Origin: a virus
Virus record (IMG/VR): IMGVR_UViG_3300017917_001008
Location: 11,211-75,210 of that record
Strand: one strand, 5' to 3'
Length of the DNA: 64,000 nucleotides
The position numbers and the translations under genes are program-made. A model generated the notes under the pieces. It was not told the DNA's origin. It saw only the letters and a list, made by a program, of their open reading frames with translations, and ran no database searches. Shown here in pieces: positions 1 through 8,109 of the stretch (its first letter is position 1; every line of letters begins with the position of its first letter).

Positions 1-1
1 C

Positions 2-679
2 AAGACCAGACTTCCGGATGACTTCTATGTACTTAACTATGCGTTTTTGTGTGGTAAGTATACTGTCAACCAGCCTATTTTATCAGGACGTCAAACAGAA
101 AACATTATTCTTTCTTCTGATCTGTGTAAGAAATGTGGTGCTCCGGATCCTGAGTGCACTTGTGAAAAGACTTACACTGTAGAATGTAAAACAGGAGAAA
201 ATATTTATGTACAGGTGGTAGAGAAACGTGGTCTTGAAACCAAGACTTATGAAACATTTGACCGTGTGCATATCAGTTCATCCACTGGTAAAAAAGATGC
301 CCTGGATAACAGCGGTCGTAACGGATACATCAAGAATGGTTTTATCTACACAGACTTTGCTCAAGGTAAGCTGTACATTTCTTACCAGGGTGCTTTAGAA
401 GATGAAGACGGTAATCTACTTGTACTGGATCATCCAATGATCAATGAGTATTATGAGTATGCCATTAAACAACGCATACTTGAAAACCTATATATGAATG
501 GGGAAGATGTAGCCCAGAAGATGCAGCTGGTTGAACAGCGTCTGCGTGCTGCTCGTAATAATGCTCTCACTATTGTTAACACTCCAGACTTTGCTGAAAT
601 GAAGCAGCTCTGGGAAACCAACCGTAAAGCAATGTATGGAAAATACTATTCAATGTTCAAGTCAGAGTACGGCTGGTAA
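2..679 (+). CDS. Tail tubular/ring-like protein, 5' truncated by window edge
   Basis: Frame is open from base 2 (KTRLPDDFYVLNY...). LPxDF and YISYxG..DEDG..DHP motifs and position just before the muzzle gene match crAss-like tail tubular proteins. Confidence 0.6.
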   Translation, partial: KTRLPDDFYVLNYAFLCGKYTVNQPILSGRQTENIILSSDLCKKCGAPDPECTCEKTYTVECKTGENIYVQVVEKRGLETKTYETFDRVHISSSTGKKDALDNSGRNGYIKNGFIYTDFAQGKLYISYQGALEDEDGNLLVLDHPMINEYYEYAIKQRILENLYMNGEDVAQKMQLVEQRLRAARNNALTIVNTPDFAEMKQLWETNRKAMYGKYYSMFKSEYGW

Positions 680-1046
680 ACCGGTGAAGGTTCAGACTAC
701 CGTCCAGCTGCCCATGTACAATTGCAAGATTGTAATGAGCGTGGTGGACAATGTACGTCAGGAAACAGTTAAGCTGTATAAGAAATATAAGATTAAAGAA
801 GAGATGGATGATGATGAGCTGGAAGGTGTACTGGTAATGCCTAGCATAGAAGTGTATTATCTGATGGTGAGTCACCAGTTTTTGACCCATAACACAATAG
901 CTCATGAGATCTTCCATGCTGCTGTAAGAATTACGGAACACAGGGGGATTACAGATGAAGAAGCTCAAGCCTGGCTTGCTGGACATCTCACCGGACAACT
1001 GTACAAATTTTTAGACAAGAAGAAGCTTACTATAAAACATGGCTGA
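636..1046 (+). CDS. Small zincin-like metallopeptidase-motif protein
   Basis: HEIFH motif followed by DEEAQAW acidic helix. Confidence 0.55.
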   Translation: MENTIQCSSQSTAGKPVKVQTTVQLPMYNCKIVMSVVDNVRQETVKLYKKYKIKEEMDDDELEGVLVMPSIEVYYLMVSHQFLTHNTIAHEIFHAAVRITEHRGITDEEAQAWLAGHLTGQLYKFLDKKKLTIKHG

Positions 1047-4000
1047 ACAACAACAAAATCCGGGTGCTGTAAGTAATTCCTTTACTAAAGGAATGGCAAA
1101 GGACTACAATGACACCTTTATTGGAGAGGGGTTGTGGAGTCATGCCCGTAATGCTGTTAACAATTCTCATGATGGCCAGGTGGGGGTGATTGGTAATGAA
1201 CCAGCTAACCTACACTGTGTTACACTTCCTTATACACTTATTGGTGCTGTACTTCTTACAGATGATCGTTGGGCTATATTTACTACCAATGACGTAGACT
1301 CAGAGATAGGCATCTTTGATGAATCTCAGTGTACGTATACAAAGGTGGTTAATGATAAGTGTCTTAATTTCAAAAGAACCCATCTTATTTCTGGTATCAG
1401 CCGCAGACGTTATGACTGTGAACGTCCTGTATATTGGGTGGATGGTTTAAACCCAGACAGGTTTATTGACCTGGATAATCCTCCTTTTAAATACACCGAG
1501 AAGATAGTTGATGGTTGTATACAGAGAACCTTTACAAACGAGCTGGATTGTGAGCGTCTGCGTTTAGCATCTTATATCAAGCATCCTTGCCTGCAACTTG
1601 TAAAAGGAAAGGTGGCCGGAAGTTTACTGAATGGTTCCTACCAGGTAGCTATTGCTTACACGATCAACGGATCAAGGGTAAGTGACTACATTGGTTTATC
1701 TGAAGTGCAGTCTGTATTTACGCACGAGAATAATAACTCATCTCTGGAGCTTAAGATTACAGAGATAGACAAGACATTTGACACCTTTGACCTGGTTCTT
1801 CTTGCCAGGGTGAATGAGCAGACCTTTGCTCGTAAGATTGGAGAATATTCCACAGCTCAGGGAACTATCTATATAGACAGGATAGACTTTGAATCTCCCA
1901 CTATTCCTATACAGAATATTGTTTTCCGTAGTGAACCTATTGAGAAAAGTGATGCCATCTACTCTGTAAATGATTATGCATTACGTGTAGGTACTCATAG
2001 CAAGTTTAAGTTCAACTACCAGAAACAGGCCAATGAGATTGTAGCCAAGTGGGCTGCAGTTCAGTATCCTTCTAACTATTATGTAAAGGGTGGAAATAAC
2101 ACCGGATACTTAAGAGATGAGCAGTATCCTTTCTTTATACGTTTTGTATACAACACTGGTGAACGTTCTGAGTCCTATCATATTCCAGGTAGACCTGCAG
2201 TGGCATCTGAACTAATAGATGTTGCAGGCGGGGATGCTTTTGAAACAGCTGATGGTATCCAGGTAAAACGCTGGCAGGTGGAAAATACAGCTTCTGTAAC
2301 ATCCACTACGGTATCAACACTACCTGATGGAGGTAGAGTGATAGCCAGTGGTCAGATGGGGTACTGGGAATCTACAGAACTATATCCTCCGGATAAACCT
2401 AACATCTGGGGTAATCTCTGCGGTAAGCCTATACGTCATCATAAATTCCCGGATGTAACTATCCAGGGAGGTAGTGTAGTGAATCACTTTAACAGTGATG
2501 GAACTAACATTGTCATTCTAGGTGTACAGTTTGAGAACATTACAGCTCCGTTAGATAACAATGGAAACCCTATTGCTTCTATAGTGGGGTATGAGATCCT
2601 TAGGGGATCACGTCAGGGACAAAAGTCCATTCTGGCTAAGGGTATGTTTAACAACATGCGTGAGTATGATATTCCTGGTAACACCACCCTTAAAGGACTT
2701 TACCAGAACTATCCTTACAATGACCTGAGTCCTGATCATTATCTTTCTACAAGAAGAAGACTAAGCGGATCCGGTGTAGTAAATGTAGATCAAAGTAACT
2801 CTCCTAAACTAACAGGATTTAAACGTAATATATTTTCTTTCCATAGTCCAGAGGTAACCTTTACCAATCCATTCTTAAACATGGATGAGGTGAAGATCTA
2901 TGAAGAAGTTCATGGTACTTCCAGGGGACAGTTTGAAATTCCTTTCAGACACCCGAGATTTAAAGTGGCTAGTAACATAGTGGACATTATCACTAAGGTT
3001 TCTAGTGCAATGAGTGCTGTAGCAAAGGTGGGTAAGGGCGTGAAGATAGCAGCTACAGAAGATGTACCTATTGAACTGTCCTATGGTCCTATTGGTAAGC
3101 CTCCTGCGTTCCCTTCTGCAGCCGGTGGTAACGTATCTGGTACCATCATGACCATTGCAGCCTGGGCTAAGTATGCTGTTGATCTTGCCCTGTGGGTAAA
3201 TGAAGTGGCCACTGTTGTAGCACTGGCTAAAGCTATTGCAGATGTAGAAAGAGAAAAGCTTTATGAGATTTTCAGAATACTGATTCCTAAACGTCAGTAC
3301 GCTGCACAGTTTAACTCACATGGTTTTTATAACCAGTTTAGAGTTTCTACAGCTGGTAACCGTAGAAGAAAGGTTGTGGATGCAGGATATGTTTCCGGAT
3401 CCAACATTCAATATTTTAACAATAAGTACCAGGTAAATAATATACATAGAAGTAGTGGTTTAGTAATAGAGGTGGGTGCTGATATTGCAGATCCCACTAT
3501 AGTAGATAACAGCCGTACAACTATTGGAGAAAGTGGAAAAGGATTATATGATCCATTTGATAGAACCATATCATCTCACTATGGTGGATTGAAAATAACT
3601 TTTCCATCCCAGTATGGACAGTTGGATACTATCAAACAGATTCCTATTTCCTACTGTACATTACCACTCACTCCGGATAAAACCAAGAAGTTTTCTACCG
3701 GTGTATTGTTTGGTGGAGACATCTACATCAACCGTTTTACAGAAAAGAACTCTATGTTCTTCTTTACAAACTGGTTAATGGGTGAGCCGGATGAGTATGA
3801 GTTTGATTACACTGAATACATCAATGTTCCCTACCCAAGATTCTGGATACACAACACACAATATCATAGTGAGTTCTTATCTGTACCTAGTCAGTTTAGG
3901 GCACTGGATGCAAATGACGGACTAAATCTTTTCAGTGTTAAGAAAGGATACTTCTATTTATTTAACTCAGGTGTGCGTGACTTCTTTGTAGAGAGTGAGA

Positions 4001-5613
4001 TTAATTTGGCATTCCGTGATTGGGAAGATGATTTTTCAAGACGTCACTACGATCCGGAGCGTTACACAGATCTGAATATGATGTTCCGTTCTGATATCAT
4101 CAAGAGCGGAAACTACTATAAGTATGACTACTCTTTAAGTGTAGCTAAATTATTTAACTCCCAGATCACCTGGGGTGAATTACTGCCCAGGGATTACGAT
4201 CCACTGGTTGCAGCCAGCTGTTACACCTATCGTCCTAATAGGGTGATCTATTCTTTACAGCAGCAGGATAACTCTAAGGATGATAACTGGAGAGTATACC
4301 TGTCTAATAACTACCGTGACTTCCCTAATAAGGTGACAGTCATAAAGTCTATTAACGCCACCGGTGCATTGTTCATGATGAAAGACCGTAGCCCAAGATT
4401 ATTCATGGGTGAGGAGCAGCTAAAGATGGACGGAACAGGGGCAGTGATCACTATAGGTGACGGTAACCTGTTTAACCAAAATGGTCAGCTTAGGGAGATT
4501 GTCAATGCAGACAGATCTTATGAATATGGATCTTGCCAGAGCAGATTTGGTCATTTAGGAAACGTCTATGGTGTTTTCTGGGTTAGCCAGGATCAGGGTA
4601 AGATTTTCCAATATGCCGGACAGATCAATGAGATCAGCCGGGATGGTATGAAATACTGGTTTGCTAAATACCTGCCAAGTGAACTCTTGAAGGTGTACCC
4701 GGATTATCCTCTATATGATAATCCTGTAGCCGGTGTTGGTGTACAGATGACCTATGATAATACCAATGAGATCATCTATGTAACCAAGAGAGACTTTAAG
4801 CCAAAGATGAAAGACCTGGCCTATGATAGTGGCGGGTTCTATAAGCTTATCAATGGTGTAAAGACTTATTATCCATTTACAGATAGCAATGCTTGGGAGA
4901 ATGCCAGCTGGACAATGAGCTATGATCCAAAGAGTAAAACCTGGATCAGTTTTCATGACTGGAAACCTACGTTCCTGATTCCTGGTAAGAATCACTTCAT
5001 GAGTGTAAACAACACTTCTATATGGAAGCATAACTCACGTTGTGATCTGTTCTGTAACTTCTATGGTGTAGATTATCCATTTGAGGTGGAGTTTATTTCC
5101 GCTACCGGTCAGCAGGTAACCTCTCTTAGAAACGTAGAGTATTTATTAGAGGCATATAGATATTATAATTCCTGTGCGGATAAGTTCCATATCCTGGATC
5201 AGAACTTTGACCAGGCTATGGTTTATAACTCAGAGCAGGTGTCTGGACTCCTGGAGCTAAACTTAAAGGATAAGTCCAATCCGCTCACCATGTTAAACTT
5301 CCCGCAGGTAGGCCCGCAATCTATTAAGATACAGTTCTCTAAAGAAGAACAGAAGTATAGATTCAACCAGTTCTGGGATATTACTAAAGACCGTGGTGAA
5401 TTTAACGGTACATCTATACCAATGATGGTAACCAGTCCAAACGGATATGAATGGCAGATTAACCCTCAATACGTAAACTATCAGAAACCTCCATTGGAAC
5501 GTAAGAAGTTCCGTCATAACGTAAACCGTGTGTTATTACGTAGACTGAAAAGTGGAGATGTCAAACTGTTATTTAAACTATCTAATCAGAAACTTCTTCA
5601 ATCTCCTAGATAA
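1039..5613 (+). CDS. Muzzle / tail stabilisation protein (crAss-like)
   Basis: 1524 aa, beta-rich. N-terminal F.KGM..D and NAVN motifs, C-terminal WISFHDW motif; lies between tail tube and cargo genes. Confidence 0.75.
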   Translation: MAEQQQNPGAVSNSFTKGMAKDYNDTFIGEGLWSHARNAVNNSHDGQVGVIGNEPANLHCVTLPYTLIGAVLLTDDRWAIFTTNDVDSEIGIFDESQCTYTKVVNDKCLNFKRTHLISGISRRRYDCERPVYWVDGLNPDRFIDLDNPPFKYTEKIVDGCIQRTFTNELDCERLRLASYIKHPCLQLVKGKVAGSLLNGSYQVAIAYTINGSRVSDYIGLSEVQSVFTHENNNSSLELKITEIDKTFDTFDLVLLARVNEQTFARKIGEYSTAQGTIYIDRIDFESPTIPIQNIVFRSEPIEKSDAIYSVNDYALRVGTHSKFKFNYQKQANEIVAKWAAVQYPSNYYVKGGNNTGYLRDEQYPFFIRFVYNTGERSESYHIPGRPAVASELIDVAGGDAFETADGIQVKRWQVENTASVTSTTVSTLPDGGRVIASGQMGYWESTELYPPDKPNIWGNLCGKPIRHHKFPDVTIQGGSVVNHFNSDGTNIVILGVQFENITAPLDNNGNPIASIVGYEILRGSRQGQKSILAKGMFNNMREYDIPGNTTLKGLYQNYPYNDLSPDHYLSTRRRLSGSGVVNVDQSNSPKLTGFKRNIFSFHSPEVTFTNPFLNMDEVKIYEEVHGTSRGQFEIPFRHPRFKVASNIVDIITKVSSAMSAVAKVGKGVKIAATEDVPIELSYGPIGKPPAFPSAAGGNVSGTIMTIAAWAKYAVDLALWVNEVATVVALAKAIADVEREKLYEIFRILIPKRQYAAQFNSHGFYNQFRVSTAGNRRRKVVDAGYVSGSNIQYFNNKYQVNNIHRSSGLVIEVGADIADPTIVDNSRTTIGESGKGLYDPFDRTISSHYGGLKITFPSQYGQLDTIKQIPISYCTLPLTPDKTKKFSTGVLFGGDIYINRFTEKNSMFFFTNWLMGEPDEYEFDYTEYINVPYPRFWIHNTQYHSEFLSVPSQFRALDANDGLNLFSVKKGYFYLFNSGVRDFFVESEINLAFRDWEDDFSRRHYDPERYTDLNMMFRSDIIKSGNYYKYDYSLSVAKLFNSQITWGELLPRDYDPLVAASCYTYRPNRVIYSLQQQDNSKDDNWRVYLSNNYRDFPNKVTVIKSINATGALFMMKDRSPRLFMGEEQLKMDGTGAVITIGDGNLFNQNGQLREIVNADRSYEYGSCQSRFGHLGNVYGVFWVSQDQGKIFQYAGQINEISRDGMKYWFAKYLPSELLKVYPDYPLYDNPVAGVGVQMTYDNTNEIIYVTKRDFKPKMKDLAYDSGGFYKLINGVKTYYPFTDSNAWENASWTMSYDPKSKTWISFHDWKPTFLIPGKNHFMSVNNTSIWKHNSRCDLFCNFYGVDYPFEVEFISATGQQVTSLRNVEYLLEAYRYYNSCADKFHILDQNFDQAMVYNSEQVSGLLELNLKDKSNPLTMLNFPQVGPQSIKIQFSKEEQKYRFNQFWDITKDRGEFNGTSIPMMVTSPNGYEWQINPQYVNYQKPPLERKKFRHNVNRVLLRRLKSGDVKLLFKLSNQKLLQSPR

Positions 5614-8105
5614 TGACGCACAACGGAAAACTACTTACGCAGATTATGAACAACCTTGATAAACCAAGGAAGGTTCGTACACCTAAAAATCAGTGGCAGA
5701 CCCCTGGTCAGGTTACAGATATCAACTCACGCTTCATCACAATGCAGGGGGTAGGGTTTGATGCTATTGGTATTTCTCCGGATGGTACACAGCAGTATAT
5801 GAAACGTGGTGGAAACTATGTATTTCCTACAGGCCCTGTAACAGAAATTCCTTTACTGGGTAAGGCAAGAATGGGAGGGCAGCTTCCAAAGTTTCAACCA
5901 GGTGGTGAAGAAGCAGATGGAGGTGGTACCAAGTCTAAGTGTGGTATTACAAGAGCTTATGCTAAAGAAGATATTGCTATAGCAAAAGAGAATGCTAAAG
6001 AATACAGACTGGCAGATAAAGAGATTGCTAGAGAAAAGAAAGAACTTGCTAAATATCATAGTGACCAATATAAGAACTACATCAACCCTTATGTTGACCA
6101 GTATGAAGAGAAGATGGATCGTAAAGCACGTCAGCAGTTTGATAGTGATTTTACTGCTTTTCAGCAAGCTAATCCAAACTTGTTTGTACAAGATGACACA
6201 GGGCTCACTCCTCAGCAGAAGTATGCAGTGGCAATGAAGATGTACAGTAGATCTAAGTATGCAGCTAAAGTTCCTGAGGCTGTTTATGGTGCTCCGTTTA
6301 ACAAACGTTTTAATATAGATCCTAATAAAGTAACTCCTCAACAAGTTATGGAAAGTATAAACAGTTATGGCTGGCAGCCTTATTTAGACTGGTGGCAGAG
6401 TGGTAAGCAAGTAATGCAAGAATATGGTGGAGAGATGATCCGTAGAGCTGATGGCTCATATTCTCGTAGAGGACTATGGGATAATATACGTGCCAACCGT
6501 GGATCCGGAAAAAAGCCTACTAAAGAAATGCTAGAACAAGAACGCAAAATAAAAGCTAAAGAAATGAAAAACGGTGGAACCAACAACCCTGGCTTCCAGG
6601 CTTTGCCTGATTATGTTCAGGCTAAGATTTTATCTAACATGGGATTTGGTGGCCCAGCTATTCCTTTTTCTCCGGAGTTTTATAACCAGTTAGAAAAAGA
6701 GTATAACCAGTTTTACAATCCAAAGGTTCCAAATCGTCCACATAGTGATGATGGGTATGATGATTTTTACAGTCATAAAACTGCTGGTTTACCTAAGGTT
6801 CAAACTTCTATGGGACCAGGCTGGGTAATAAGAAATGAAGATGTAGAGCAGTTTGTAGAAGGAGAGAAGGGGTTACCTATGCCTAAACGTGTAGAGAAGA
6901 AAAAGGGAACTAAAACTTTTGTAGATGATTACAAGACTATGAATGATAGCCCGCTGAAACAACAGTATGGTGATATGATCAGAAATATTGTAATGGATAG
7001 ATTTCGTTCTAAAGCTCCTGTAGAACAGGCAATGGGAATGTTTCAAGATGGTGGTGAACCAGATGGATCTATGGCTTTGGGTCAGATTGATGCTGCTATT
7101 GATAAGCTGCAGAAGTTAAGAAAGTTTATCCAGCCAGAGTCAGATCTTGAACCATGGGTGAGCTCAAAGCTTACCATGATGGATCACTTCAGTGATGCTG
7201 TATCTGATTACATGACTTATAATCCTGAAGCTAAAGGTGAGATGGCCCAGATGAAAAACGGTGGTGGTATTCCTCAGCGTTACAAGAACATGGGCTTTAC
7301 CAAAGTGGGTGTTAAGAAGAATAGTACACGTCCTGGTAAAAAGTGGATGGTGTTAGCTAAGAAAGGATCTCAATATAAAGTGGTGCATGGTGGTTATGAT
7401 GGGATGAAAGATTTTTCTCAGCACGGATCTGAGAAACGTAAAGACAAGTTCTGGAGCCGCATGGGTGGTAAGAACTCTGCAAAAGCTAAAGATCCATTTA
7501 GCCCACTATACTGGCACAAGAAGTTTGGTACATGGCAAGATGGTGGAGACACTAGCCAACAACCTACAGCAGAAGAAATAGTACAAGCATATTCTGAGTT
7601 TTCAGGAATGTCTGTAGAAGAAATAATGGGAGAGTTCCAGGGTAAGAATGAGCAAGAGCAGCAAGAGCTGTTAATGCAGATGTACCAGGAATTAATGGAG
7701 CAACAAGAGCAGGATGAAATGCCAGAGTTTGAAGCTCCGGAAGAAGAGGAAGAAGAATACATTCAAGAGGAAACACCTGAAGAGGAAGAAGTTGCAGAAG
7801 AAGTAGAGGATGATCTAGAAGAGGAAGAAGCTGCTTATGATGTTATGTATAGAAAAGGTGGGTATATAGGATATGACGGAAAGCGTCATGTTTCTAAAAC
7901 ACCTACTTGGTCTGGTGTAGCTGGTTATGCCATGGGTGGATATATTCCTGAAATGGCGTATGGTGGCTACTGTTATGAGTGTGGCGGTGCTGTATATAAA
8001 AACGGGGGATCCACTGCATCTTATAACGTAGGAGCAGAGATGGAAGTCACTCCGGAGCAAGCCAGAGAACTGCAACGTTTAGGTTACAAATTTGACATAG
8101 TATAA
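5613..8105 (+). CDS. Modular virion cargo protein with repeated hydrophobic-x-x-GG motifs
   Basis: 830 aa ORF overlapping the muzzle stop codon; ~13 motifs such as MKNGG, FQDGG, YAMGG; acidic tract near C terminus. Confidence 0.6.
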   Translation: MTHNGKLLTQIMNNLDKPRKVRTPKNQWQTPGQVTDINSRFITMQGVGFDAIGISPDGTQQYMKRGGNYVFPTGPVTEIPLLGKARMGGQLPKFQPGGEEADGGGTKSKCGITRAYAKEDIAIAKENAKEYRLADKEIAREKKELAKYHSDQYKNYINPYVDQYEEKMDRKARQQFDSDFTAFQQANPNLFVQDDTGLTPQQKYAVAMKMYSRSKYAAKVPEAVYGAPFNKRFNIDPNKVTPQQVMESINSYGWQPYLDWWQSGKQVMQEYGGEMIRRADGSYSRRGLWDNIRANRGSGKKPTKEMLEQERKIKAKEMKNGGTNNPGFQALPDYVQAKILSNMGFGGPAIPFSPEFYNQLEKEYNQFYNPKVPNRPHSDDGYDDFYSHKTAGLPKVQTSMGPGWVIRNEDVEQFVEGEKGLPMPKRVEKKKGTKTFVDDYKTMNDSPLKQQYGDMIRNIVMDRFRSKAPVEQAMGMFQDGGEPDGSMALGQIDAAIDKLQKLRKFIQPESDLEPWVSSKLTMMDHFSDAVSDYMTYNPEAKGEMAQMKNGGGIPQRYKNMGFTKVGVKKNSTRPGKKWMVLAKKGSQYKVVHGGYDGMKDFSQHGSEKRKDKFWSRMGGKNSAKAKDPFSPLYWHKKFGTWQDGGDTSQQPTAEEIVQAYSEFSGMSVEEIMGEFQGKNEQEQQELLMQMYQELMEQQEQDEMPEFEAPEEEEEEYIQEETPEEEEVAEEVEDDLEEEEAAYDVMYRKGGYIGYDGKRHVSKTPTWSGVAGYAMGGYIPEMAYGGYCYECGGAVYKNGGSTASYNVGAEMEVTPEQARELQRLGYKFDIV

Positions 8106-8109
8106 TCTT

